From an uncultured delta proteobacterium (GTDB lineage: Bacteria > Myxococcota_A > Polyangia > Polyangiales > Polyangiaceae): a stretch of 64,000 nucleotides of DNA. Positions 27,340-36,480 of this stretch are shown here, piece after piece. The stretch is from NCBI GenBank assembly GCA_963696385.1, contig CAVOKF010000003.1:448001-512000 (forward strand), in the 5' to 3' direction. Numbering within the stretch: the stretch's first letter is position 1; every line of letters starts with the position of its first letter. Under the pieces are notes generated by a model. That model did not search any database, was not told the origin of the DNA, and worked only from the letters and a program-made list of their open reading frames with translations. The translations under genes and the position numbers were made by a program.

Positions 27340-28605
27340 ATGTCCGGCCAACCCCCAATCGGGACCTGGGCGACGACGACCGACTACCCTCCGGGTTCGA
27401 GCCCGTGGAGCGGTAATCCCACGAAGATCCAGCCAACCCAAACGTATTGGATTCCGGCGACCGGCGTGAGCGCCCCCGAACACAATTACATCATCAACCA
27501 GCTCTACGCGGAACTTGCCGCCGTCGAAGCCGCGGGCGGATCGGCGCTCGTTGCGCAGAACTGGCAATCTGTCATCGCCGCGGGGCCGGCGAACGCGAAC
27601 GCCCTCGCGTGGAATCCAATATTGAGCAGCGGCGGCGCGTTCATCACCGTCGAAAAGAACTCTGGGCCGCTCTACCAGTTCGTATACAACAGCGGCGCGG
27701 ACCTCGTTTGGACGACGCTTGGCTCGACATTCAACGTGAACTCGAGCTCGCCGAACGTTACGGCACTCGCGTGCGGTCCCGCGCAAGGCGTAACATGGGC
27801 GAGTTTTATCAATTCGAGCAACGTCGGATATCTATGGTCGTGCACCGTCGGCGGTTCTACGGACGCGCTGCTAGGTACAGGTAATGTATCCAACATGTAT
27901 CTAGCCGCTGCCGCAACGTCCGGCGTCGACTGGGGCGTTCTCGCTATCGCATCCGGCACGTCCGGCGATTCAGCGCTGTACTTCCTGACCGCCACCGGCG
28001 CGACGGGCTTGTCGACCGGCCTCACCGAAGCGCAATGGGCCGTTGCGTCGAACGGGTCGCTCGTCGTCGCAGTTGGCACCGACCGGATCGTGTATTCCAT
28101 ATCGTCCTCCAGCGGAACGTCCGGCACCGTCTCAACAGCGAATATCGCCTCCGTGCTCGGTACCGATCTGCCAATCTCCATGGCGTACGGCACGAGTACC
28201 ACGTTCCCCTCCGGCGCGTTCATCCTTTGCTGCTCCACAACGACAAGCGGACAGCGTCGCTATTACGCGAGTCAAACCGGTACCGGCGCGACTTGGGTTT
28301 CGCTCGGCGTCGCGACGACCTCGGCGGCGGCTGAAGTCTCGCAAATCGTCGCGTGCGGAAGCCTTTGGCTCGGACTCGTATCGCTGGCCGGCGGGGTCGC
28401 TGGAGTGATCATGGCCCCGAACGGCATCGACTTCGGTGGATCGGCCACGGGCAACTGGCAATCGACCCAGACTCGCGTGGTCCCGAGCGGATCCGCGGAA
28501 CCGATGATCGCCGCTGGGCCCACCCAGGCCGCGATTGCGATGGCAGATGGCGGCCCAACGTTCCGGTTCAGCCAGATCAGCGGGCCCGGCACGGCGTTGA
28601 CGTGA
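27340..28605 (+). CDS. Tail-fibre/receptor-binding-like structural protein
   Basis: N-terminal W..PTKIQP..W.P..SAPEHNYIINQL anchor-like segment; Ser/Thr/Gly-rich beta-strand body. Confidence 0.55.
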   Translation: MSGQPPIGTWATTTDYPPGSSPWSGNPTKIQPTQTYWIPATGVSAPEHNYIINQLYAELAAVEAAGGSALVAQNWQSVIAAGPANANALAWNPILSSGGAFITVEKNSGPLYQFVYNSGADLVWTTLGSTFNVNSSSPNVTALACGPAQGVTWASFINSSNVGYLWSCTVGGSTDALLGTGNVSNMYLAAAATSGVDWGVLAIASGTSGDSALYFLTATGATGLSTGLTEAQWAVASNGSLVVAVGTDRIVYSISSSSGTSGTVSTANIASVLGTDLPISMAYGTSTTFPSGAFILCCSTTTSGQRRYYASQTGTGATWVSLGVATTSAAAEVSQIVACGSLWLGLVSLAGGVAGVIMAPNGIDFGGSATGNWQSTQTRVVPSGSAEPMIAAGPTQAAIAMADGGPTFRFSQISGPGTALT

Positions 28606-28637
28606 CCATGGCGTCGCACCACCAGCAGGAGTACGCA

Positions 28638-29087
28638 ATGCGCAGCAGCAGGTTTTTTCCTCTCCTCATCCTCAGCGCTCTCGTCATCACGGCGGCCGTC
28701 GCGCGAATCGCAAGCGCGCAAGTCGTCCTACTCAACAATTTCCAGGGCCCGGAGGTCGTCGGACCCTTCACCACTGTTGGCTCCGGCAACTACCAGGTTG
28801 CCCAATTCACCGTCCTCCCGAATCACAATGTATACGTGAGTATCGGGTGCGACGCCATCGACACCGTAAACACCGCGGCCAATTCCTGGCGCCGAGACGT
28901 CTACGTGTTCGATAATAGCGGCGGCATTGCGCCAGCCGTCTTCCAGACACCCGAAAACTACACGACGAGCATCGCCATATCTAGCAATTACGGAACCCCG
29001 GGGGGCAATGCGCTAACGCTCGATTTTGAGACGACGGCATCGGACGCGCTTCGCGTCATATGTGTACTGTACTCGTTCTCGAATTGA
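28638..29087 (+). CDS. Secreted beta-rich protein
   Basis: RBS AGGAG; signal peptide ending ASA-Q. Confidence 0.7.
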   Translation: MRSSRFFPLLILSALVITAAVARIASAQVVLLNNFQGPEVVGPFTTVGSGNYQVAQFTVLPNHNVYVSIGCDAIDTVNTAANSWRRDVYVFDNSGGIAPAVFQTPENYTTSIAISSNYGTPGGNALTLDFETTASDALRVICVLYSFSN

Positions 29088-29452
29088 CATGGCCTCGCAC
29101 CGTCCAATTGGCCTTTCGCGTTGGGAGCTTGAGCACGGCGCTCAGCCCGAGGCTTGCCCGATTCCTGAGAGGGTCGAGGGATTTTGGCTCGGACCTGCGG
29201 GAGCGTGGCGCGATAGGGCGATAGCGGCGGAAGCGAAGTTGCTAGAGTTACTTCGCAGTCTTCGCAGCGCGTAAACAGGCCACTGCGAAAAATCGTATAT
29301 CGGTCACTTGACGGGATTGTCGATAGGCAGTATATCTATTCACGTCGACGGGACGCTAAGCCGAGGACGACGCAAGGCCTGCCAAAGTGGCCACGGAGCG
29401 AGAGCAGTCACGGCTCAGAAAGTGACGGTCCAGCTGGGCGACAGCCGAGCCA

Positions 29453-29496
29453 GAAACCCCGAGCGGCGAAAGCTCCCGGGGTTTCGCCCATTTTCT
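29453..29496. terminator. Hairpin terminator, possibly bidirectional
   Basis: GAAACCCCG/CGGGGTTTC stem followed by CCCATTTTCT, between convergent units. Confidence 0.55.
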
Positions 29497-29968
29497 ACTG
29501 TTCTCCTGGCCCCCTTTTCGGAGCGCTGAGCGCCTGATTCTTGGCCGCGACAATAAGGCCGGCGAGCTCGGCCAGGCCGTCATTGCCTGCTTGGCCTGAG
29601 AATTTGACTCCACTCCACTCGATGTTCGGCGTCATATTTTTTGTGAACCCCTCGCGATGAGGGCGCCCACCGACCACGATAGTTCCGTCGCTTCCGTGAC
29701 GCGCGAAAGATACCTCGACCTGATACCAGCGCGTGCTGTCCGCGTCGCGCGCCGCGTCTTGGTTGAGCGTTACCGATAGCACGATACCGGCGGATGGCTG
29801 CTTGCTGATCTCGTATGTATGAGACCCGGCGACGGCTTCTTCGAGAGCCGTGATTAGGTCTTTGATGCCATTTACTGGCCATCGTACGTCCAGATTTAGT
29901 TCGCCTTGGACGTTCACACTTTCAGTTCCGTCTAGGATTTTTACTGCGCGCTCGATGTCGTACGCCAC
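29495..29968 (-). CDS. Hypothetical accessory protein
   Basis: 157-aa ORF with RBS GGAGG and protein-like composition. Confidence 0.7.
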   Translation of the reverse strand: MAYDIERAVKILDGTESVNVQGELNLDVRWPVNGIKDLITALEEAVAGSHTYEISKQPSAGIVLSVTLNQDAARDADSTRWYQVEVSFARHGSDGTIVVGGRPHREGFTKNMTPNIEWSGVKFSGQAGNDGLAELAGLIVAAKNQALSAPKRGPGEQ

Positions 29969-29983
29969 CTGCCCCTCCGTTCG

Positions 29984-30259
29984 CTAAGTCGCTTCCCCAG
30001 CGTGTTGCTTCCTGCACGGCCCCATGGAGAACGATAGGCATTTGTCGCAATACTGCGGCCCGTTCGTTGGCTGCCGAGATCCGGTGCTCTTGGCTTCTGC
30101 GCGCTCCGCAGACTCCGCCTCTTGCACGAGTGCACCGACCACGGCATCGGCGATCTTGATCGCCCTCCGCGCGATTCCCGTTGCGTCGCCGTTCGGGTCT
30201 AACGCGGATCCGGACACGGCGCGGAGAATCAATTCTGTACGAAGTTGATGTTCGTTCAT
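29984..30259 (-). CDS. Small hypothetical protein with CxxC..C..H tail
   Basis: RBS GGAGG; YCDKCLSFSMGPCRKQH. Confidence 0.6.
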   Translation of the reverse strand: MNEHQLRTELILRAVSGSALDPNGDATGIARRAIKIADAVVGALVQEAESAERAEAKSTGSRQPTNGPQYCDKCLSFSMGPCRKQHAGEAT

Positions 30260-30287
30260 GCTTCCCCTCCGTTCTGACCCCGTATCT

Positions 30288-30494
30288 TTACGGTTTTGGG
30301 TTCATATCGTCCCATTTTTTGATGAGTGGTTTGACTGTTTTCGTAGCTCTGCGTCGGAGCCAGTCGGCAACTTCAACGTCATCGATGCCGGCGACCCGCG
30401 CGAGCGCACCCAGTCTCTCCACGATCCATTGCAGGTCGGCCTTCGTAAGCTTCACTTCGTCATCCACCATGGCTGGCCCCTCCGTTCGCGCCAT
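30288..30494 (-). CDS. Small hypothetical protein (possible regulator)
   Basis: First gene of the leftward unit at the divergence point. Confidence 0.5.
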   Translation of the reverse strand: MARTEGPAMVDDEVKLTKADLQWIVERLGALARVAGIDDVEVADWLRRRATKTVKPLIKKWDDMNPKP

Positions 30495-30539
30495 GGTCTC
30501 ACCGCCTGACGGGTGGTCAACGAAAAGTTTGCGAGTGGC

Positions 30540-30568
30540 TTGCGCTCACGCGCTCACGCGCTTATGCT
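30540..30568 (+). promoter_or_regulatory. Sigma70-type promoter with GCGCTCAC tandem repeats
   Basis: TTGCGC-17 bp-TATGCT; GTG start follows the -10 after a 6-nt gap. Confidence 0.55.
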
Positions 30569-30574
30569 CTCATC

Positions 30575-30859
30575 GTGGCTGCAAAGAAGAAGGAGATCAA
30601 AGTGCAAATCACCGAACGCGCGCTGGTTCAACGCATCAACCGCAAGCTCGCGCCGAAGGCCGAAGACCCCCGTTCCCATAAACGATTGTGCAAGTCGAAG
30701 GGCTTTTACGACGGGCCCTTGAAGCACTTCAACGAGCTCGGGGAATTCTACGTCCTCGACCTAGGCACGAACACGGTCGAGCGCACCGACGTCGACATCG
30801 TGGAGCTCGCGAAGGAGCTCAACGCACTCGCCCCGTGGGAAGCGCTCGCAAGCAACTGA
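30575..30859 (+). CDS. Hypothetical phage-type protein
   Basis: ITERALVQRINRKLA...LAKELNALAPWE; follows the promoter. Confidence 0.7.
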   Translation: MAAKKKEIKVQITERALVQRINRKLAPKAEDPRSHKRLCKSKGFYDGPLKHFNELGEFYVLDLGTNTVERTDVDIVELAKELNALAPWEALASN

Positions 30860-30931
30860 CACGATAGCGCCCCCCGCGCCGCGCTAACGGCCGGGAGGCA
30901 TGGCCCAACCCCGAACGAACCGGAGTCGAAC

Positions 30932-31144
30932 ATGCAACCATTAGCCCATTTTCAAGCAGACGAACCGCCTACGCGCCCGACGGCGCATATCCCCGCATCC
31001 GCCCTCATCGCCTTCCGCCGCATCGGTCGGCTTGCGGAGCTGGCCAGCGAGCGGCTTTCGACCGACCCCGATGCGGACGCGATCCTCGAGGCCATCGGCG
31101 AAATGGAACGCATCCGCGAGATTTGCGCGGAGGTGGGCCGATGA
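30932..31144 (+). CDS. Small hypothetical protein
   Basis: RBS GGAG; in operon. Confidence 0.5.
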   Translation: MQPLAHFQADEPPTRPTAHIPASALIAFRRIGRLAELASERLSTDPDADAILEAIGEMERIREICAEVGR

Positions 31145-31443
31145 CGACCCGCCTAGCCCTCATCTTCGCCGCTGCCCTCGTTGGCTGCGGCGGCGCCGCC
31201 GAGTCCGAGCCGTCGCCCCCCGCGGTCGACTGCACGCTGTTTCCTGACGAGACGACCGAAGCGGAAACGAACCTGCCTCTATACATTACCGACGCCGGCG
31301 TGAACCTCGATGGGGCAGCATTGCCCGACGGGTGGGCGTTCGTACCGCCATTCGCCGAACCGGGTAACCTCGATAACTGCGGGTGCGGAGTATACGGGCC
31401 CGCGCCGTATTTTCTCGTCCTCGGCCTCTGCGGGAGCCACTGA
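31141..31443 (+). CDS. Small lipoprotein
   Basis: MTTRLALIFAAALVGC lipobox; RBS GGAGG. Confidence 0.65.
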   Translation: MTTRLALIFAAALVGCGGAAESEPSPPAVDCTLFPDETTEAETNLPLYITDAGVNLDGAALPDGWAFVPPFAEPGNLDNCGCGVYGPAPYFLVLGLCGSH

Positions 31444-31445
31444 CA

Positions 31446-31672
31446 TGAGCGCCCGACCGAACCACCATCGCGACGCTGCCGTCATGGCGACCATGCAGGC
31501 GAGATTCCGCGTCGACAACGCCGTCAAAATCTACGGCGCCCGCGTCGCCAAAGACGCAAACGCACGCGTCGCGATGACGCTGCTAGACATTCTCGATCCC
31601 ATGTTGCGCGCCATCGAGGGGCTATTGCACGAGCCTCTCGATCTCAGCGCCGCGCCCACCGAAGAGCCGTAA
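31446..31672 (+). CDS. Small hypothetical protein
   Basis: MSARPNHH... directly follows the lipoprotein stop. Confidence 0.45.
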
Positions 31673-31718
31673 CCGTAACCGAAAGGCCGAAACCGGGGCT
31701 TGCCCCGGTCCACGCGTT

Positions 31719-33527
31719 ATGCGCGTGCTGACGAGGCCGAACATGGGACGAGCGCTTTCCGGCACGGTCGAATGGCGAGGCACCCCGCCGCGGTGGTGGG
31801 CCCGCATCACGGTCCGCACCGAAGACGGCGGAACACGCCGAGTTTGGGTCGACCTCGAACGGCCGGACCTACGCGACACGCCCGACGACAAGCGGACGGC
31901 GAAACGGCTGGCCCTCAAGCGCGCCAAGCTCGCCGCACGCAAAACGTACGTCGGGGTCGAGCGGGCCGCGGCGCCCAGGGTCACGCTGGCCGAGCTCGAA
32001 GAACGGTGGTTCGCGTTGCTCGACAACGATCCGGACCTCAAGCCTGCGACCGTCGGCCGATACAAGGCGAGTTGGACCGGCATCCTTGCAAAGCTGGGCA
32101 AGCGCCCCGTGGCCGACCTGACGCCACCGATTCTGCGCACGTGGGTCCTAGAGCAACGCGCGGAGCGGTCCGTGTCGACTGTCCGCAACGACGTCAACGC
32201 TCTGACGCGGTGCTTCAAGGACGCGATCTCGCAGCGATGGGTCGCGCTGACGTCCAACCCAATGAAGGACGACTATCTCCGTAGCGCCGTCCCTTCGATG
32301 CAAATTCCCGAGGCCGACGAGATCGTACAGTGGTCGCGCGCCGAGCTCGAACGTCTACTCGCTTCGCCGCTCTCCGATCTGCACTTCGGGATGCTGCTCG
32401 TCAGTGTGACGACCGGCCTACGCGACGGCGAGCTTCACGGCTTGCGGTTCGCGGACGACGGCGCCGACGCGAAGTACCCCGACGTGCGCCGCCTGTACGT
32501 GCTCCGGCAAGCGCTCATGCCGCGCGACGCGAAGACCGAGGCATTCGGACCACCGAAAAGTAAATGGGGGAAACGCAAGGTGCCACTGCATTCCGCCGCT
32601 GCGGCATGGATCGATTGGTGGAAGGCCGAGGGGTGGGGGGCGTATGTCGGGCGCCAGCCCGAGGGCAGCGATTTCGTGTTCCCCAACGAGGCCGGCGCCG
32701 TTTGGCGCCCGCGCGCCGCGGAGCTCGTTCGCGACCTTCTCGCGGCGGCGGGCCTGCCCACCGCGTTCAAACTGACCGACGGCGAGACGGCGGATTTCAC
32801 TTGGCATGCGACACGGCGCACGTTCGCCTCCCTGCTCGCGGATGCCGGCGTGTCGGGCGAGACTTTGGACTACCTGCTCGGGCAGGCGCCGCACACCACG
32901 CGCGGCCGCCACTACCAAGCGCCCCCCATGACCGAGCTAGCGCGTGCCGTGGCCCTGCTCACCGTCGCTTTGCCATCGCGCCCAGGCGTGCCATCTTGCC
33001 ACCCTTCACGCCCGCCCCAATCGTCCCGTGAATCGTCCCAAGCCACCGAGGACCCACCCGCGACACACAAGAAAGCGCAATCATTCAGCACACTTGCCCC
33101 CGTAGCTCAGAGGATAGAGCAGCGGTTTCCTAAACCGTTGGCCGGACGTTCGAATCGTCTCGGGGGCGCCTTAGAAATCATTGGTGATTTTGCCTCCTGC
33201 ATAGTGCGACCCGCACTAAGACCCGCACCAAAATCCGCACTAAGACCAGCGGTTATGGTCCCCCCCGGAAATCGCGGTGGTTTGCAGGGTGATCCCGTCG
33301 ACCAAACTGTCCTCCAAACCGATGGTCGCGACCGCCGCTTGAAGTGTGGCGAGCGTCTGCGCTGTGTAGTGTTGCTGGGTTACGCCCGATCCCGCGTGCC
33401 CCATCAGGCGCTTGATGGTGCTCTCGGCAACACCCGCCTCGTTGAGCCACGTGGCGAAGCTGCGACGCGTCGCGTGCGCGGTGTACGGATGCCCCTCGTA
33501 GACGTCCGGCAGGCCCGCTGCGCGTAG
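31719..33527 (+). CDS. int: Tyrosine integrase; integrated form reads through attR and the tRNA
   Basis: Arm-binding-like N-terminus, GLRDGEL, PKS, WHATRR, LLGQ, RGRHY; no stop before att. Confidence 0.92.
   Translation: MRVLTRPNMGRALSGTVEWRGTPPRWWARITVRTEDGGTRRVWVDLERPDLRDTPDDKRTAKRLALKRAKLAARKTYVGVERAAAPRVTLAELEERWFALLDNDPDLKPATVGRYKASWTGILAKLGKRPVADLTPPILRTWVLEQRAERSVSTVRNDVNALTRCFKDAISQRWVALTSNPMKDDYLRSAVPSMQIPEADEIVQWSRAELERLLASPLSDLHFGMLLVSVTTGLRDGELHGLRFADDGADAKYPDVRRLYVLRQALMPRDAKTEAFGPPKSKWGKRKVPLHSAAAAWIDWWKAEGWGAYVGRQPEGSDFVFPNEAGAVWRPRAAELVRDLLAAAGLPTAFKLTDGETADFTWHATRRTFASLLADAGVSGETLDYLLGQAPHTTRGRHYQAPPMTELARAVALLTVALPSRPGVPSCHPSRPPQSSRESSQATEDPPATHKKAQSFSTLAPVAQRIEQRFPKPLAGRSNRLGGALEIIGDFASCIVRPALRPAPKSALRPAVMVPPGNRGGLQGDPVDQTVLQTDGRDRRLKCGERLRCVVLLGYARSRVPHQALDGALGNTRLVEPRGEAATRRVRGVRMPLVDVRQARCA
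33096..33168 (+). tRNA. tRNA-Arg (anticodon CCT); CCA not encoded
   Basis: Acceptor GCCCCCG/CGGGGGC, D-arm GCTC/GAGC, anticodon arm GCGGT-TTCCTAA-ACCGT, T-arm GGACG-TTCGAAT-CGTCT. Confidence 0.97.
33208..33243 (+). repeat. Three 12-bp tandem repeats (putative integrase arm sites)
   Basis: GACCCGCACTAA, GACCCGCACCAA, AATCCGCACTAA just 3' of the tRNA. Confidence 0.7.
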
Positions 33528-33620
33528 GTCCGCGCGCAGCATCAGGGCCATGTCCGGGCGCCACGGTTCGCCCTTGTCGTTGGGAAACAGGCAGCGCCAC
33601 CCACTCCTCGGCCACCGCAT
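33240..33620 (-). pseudogene. Tyrosine integrase C-terminal fragment (second element)
   Basis: LFPNDKGEPWRP, AHATRRSFAT, LMGHA, QQHY; N-terminal portion missing. Confidence 0.88.
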
Positions 33621-33883
33621 CGGCGAAGAACGCCGTCACGGTGCCGACGATATTGGGGCCCCACCCGCGACGAGCGCCCCAGGGGCTCCGTCTTTCAGTG
33701 ACGTTCATTGTCCAAACACGCGCTGCAATCGATCTGCACCGCGGCACATGGACCGCGCAATCGGAAATGCATCCCTGACGGCCGTGCCGGTACTGGCACA
33801 CTGTGGCACGGACCAAAGCAAGAAAATAGCAGGTTCCGGGCCTGATTCGGCAGGTTACGGTTTTGCACAGAGTCGATGATGCC

Positions 33884-34990
33884 ATGCAGCCGTTTCGCGT
33901 CTTTGTCGTCCTAGGTGCCTTCGCCGCGCTCGAGCCTGCGTGTTCCAGCCGTCCGAACGGTTCGACAGCGTCGACCCACCAAGCCGGGACAGGCACGACC
34001 ACGGGTTCCGCCGGCGCGGAGCCAACCACGACGCAGGGGGGAGGCAACCAAAACCAAGGCAACAGCTGCTCGGGCGGAGCTTGCTGCCCATTGCCCACTC
34101 AGGAAAGCGCGTGTCCCGGCGCCGATGAGGGTCAGGGCTGTCCGACGTTCATACAATGCCCAGGTGGCCTCAGCTTTGCGGCCGCGCTCACCTGCACGAG
34201 CGGCAGCTGGCAGATCCTCAGCGAGCCTTGCCCCGCCCTGGACGGGGGTCTGACGGCCGAGGGTTGTCCGGCCCAACAACCGTCACCAGGCGCCCCATGT
34301 TTTACATCGGACGCCTCTGGAGTGTGCGGGTACGCAGTCACGTGCACACCGTCCTGCGATGCCGCGCCCGCCGCGGTTCAGAACGCGAACCAGGGCAATA
34401 CGTCGACCGCGTCCGGCAGCGCCTGCGCGACTGTGTCTGAGATAGCCGAAGCGATATGCACAGGCGGACATTGGGCGACGGAACCGCTCGCGCCATGTCC
34501 AGGGCCCAGTGAGCCAACGGACGCGGCAGCGGCGAGTGTTGGCCCGAGCGTGGGCGGTGGCGGTTGCCCCGGAAAAGCCGACGCGGCGGCATGTCCGGCC
34601 CTCCCGTCGGGCTTTTCCGATCCAGGACCGTACTGGGTCGGATGCGAGTTTACGAACTGCTCGTCCGCAACGGCGTGCACCACTTGCTCTTGCGTCGATG
34701 CCGACGGCGGGGCCAACTGGGAATGCGCGAGCAATGACGGATTTCAGCCAGAGACGGATGCTCAGCCCACTCCGTATTGTGGGTTGAATTCGGGCCCCCT
34801 CGACGGCGGCGACCTGGCCGAAGCGAGCCCGTTCGAACAATGCACGCCGCAGTACCCCACGTGCACGCGTCCATCCCCCGAGTCACCGGGCTGGCAATGC
34901 TGCATCGTCTCCGGTGTAGGAGGCATCACCGAGATCTCTTGCATGCCCAATGATGCCGGGGCGTACCGCGGCAATTTCGGCGTTCCGTAG
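33884..34990 (+). CDS. Cys-rich putative lipoprotein
   Basis: Signal ending EPAC; repeated CP..P..G..C modules. Confidence 0.75.
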   Translation: MQPFRVFVVLGAFAALEPACSSRPNGSTASTHQAGTGTTTGSAGAEPTTTQGGGNQNQGNSCSGGACCPLPTQESACPGADEGQGCPTFIQCPGGLSFAAALTCTSGSWQILSEPCPALDGGLTAEGCPAQQPSPGAPCFTSDASGVCGYAVTCTPSCDAAPAAVQNANQGNTSTASGSACATVSEIAEAICTGGHWATEPLAPCPGPSEPTDAAAASVGPSVGGGGCPGKADAAACPALPSGFSDPGPYWVGCEFTNCSSATACTTCSCVDADGGANWECASNDGFQPETDAQPTPYCGLNSGPLDGGDLAEASPFEQCTPQYPTCTRPSPESPGWQCCIVSGVGGITEISCMPNDAGAYRGNFGVP

Positions 34991-35599
34991 CCCGCCGCCA
35001 TCATGGCGGCCGCACCATCCTCACGCTACGAACGGTCGTCCTCTCAAAATCGTTTCGAGAGTTCGACGCAGCGGTGCCGTCAAGTGAAGGTTTGGCCGAT
35101 CGAGATCGGGTCACAGGAAAGGCCACCTACGCGCTGCCGGTCGCCGCGGTGACCGCCCGTTCCGGATACCGGCCCGCGGGGAAGGCTCGCACTGTTTCGT
35201 CCGAATCGCGGGCGAGTAGGCGCTCCAAAGCTTGTCGGCCGACGAAGAGACGCGGAAACCGCCGCGGTCACATAAAATCCCTTATGGGCATTCGTCGTCC
35301 ATGCAACGTCGAACCGATTTGGCGAAGCCATACGGCGACAGATTGGAGTCCATTGGATCGATATCGCATTTGACAGATTCGAATACCGGATTCAGATTGC
35401 CCGTCGCTTCCGAGCATCATCGCCTCCGTGCGAGTGGCGCTCGGACTCGGGGCGAGTGTTCTCAGGCTGCGCGGAAGACCCATTCGTGCGTTGGCGCTTT
35501 TTGTCGCTGCTCGTGCTGTCTCTGGCTAGACTCTGGGCCTCGACCGAGTACGTCGCCGCCGAGCTTCACTACCCTCCCTAGATCGGCGTGCCTTGGGTC

Positions 35600-36480
35600 C
35601 TCGTCGGATCGTGGCCCGCTTATCCGTCCTGGGGTTGGCTTCTCTGGAGCCCGATCGCCGAGTCGCGTGCGCCAACCCTCATTCGCGACGCCAGCGGCAT
35701 CACGACGATCGGCGCGATCGCCGGCTGCTCGGCTGCCGCAATTGCGGCCGTGCACCGCAGGCGTTCGGGCCCAAGCCGCTCCCACGGCAGCGCGCGGTGG
35801 GCCACGACGACCGAGATGCGACGCGCGGGACTCTTGCGCGAGGCCGGGGGGACGCCCTGTTTCGACACACGATCAACGCCGCCGGCCGGACGAAGACCGT
35901 GTTCCGCAAGTCCGGCCGACTCCGCCATGACGGGCCCGAGCACGTCTTCTGCTTCGCCCCCACCCGATCGGGTAAGGGCGTCGGCCTGGTCGTCCCGACG
36001 CTTCTAAGCTGGCCGCACTCGGTTCTCGTCTACGACATAAAAAAGGAAAACTGGGCGCTCACCGCGGGCTGGCGCCGCCAATTCAGTCGGGTCTGGCGCT
36101 TCGAGCCCACGGCCCTCGATTCGCTCCGCTTCAATCCGCTCCTGGAAATCCGCAGAGAATGGAACGAGGTGCGCGACGCCCAGAACGTCGGCGATCTGCT
36201 CGTCGACCGCGCCGGCGAGAAGGACACTCGTGACCACTGGCAAACGACGGCTCACACCCTGCTCACCGGGGCCATCCTGCACGTCCTCTACGCGGAGAGC
36301 GACAAGACCCTGTCCGGCGTCGCCCGGTTCCTCTCCAACCCGGACGCCACCCAGACGCAAACGCTCGAGCGGATGCTAGAGACCCCGCACCTGGGCGATG
36401 CGCCCCATCGCGCCGTGGCCCAAGCCGCGCGCGAGATGCTCAGCAAGAGCGGTGCGATCCGCGGCGAATCGCCTGAATAA
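35600..36480 (+). pseudogene. VirD4/TraG coupling protein, frameshifted and truncated
   Basis: SHGSARWA..AGLL in one frame; APTRSGKGVGLVVPTLL, DIKKENW, FNPL, DHW in another; ends early. Confidence 0.88.

Larger units (their letters stand above)
16953..33133. mobile_element. 16.1-kb tRNA-integrated phage-related element (satellite-like or defective prophage)
   Basis: att direct repeats, tyrosine integrase at the right end, excisionase-like HTH at the left end, D5 helicase, terminase. Confidence 0.92.

Noticed and set aside
16953..33133. Complete autonomous prophage
   Set aside because: Only 16 kb, and no recognisable capsid, portal, tail tube, tape measure, holin or endolysin.
33793..33820. 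Sigma54 promoter (TGGCAC twice) before the Cys-rich lipoprotein
   Set aside because: GG-to-GC spacing is 9 or 11 rather than the required 10.
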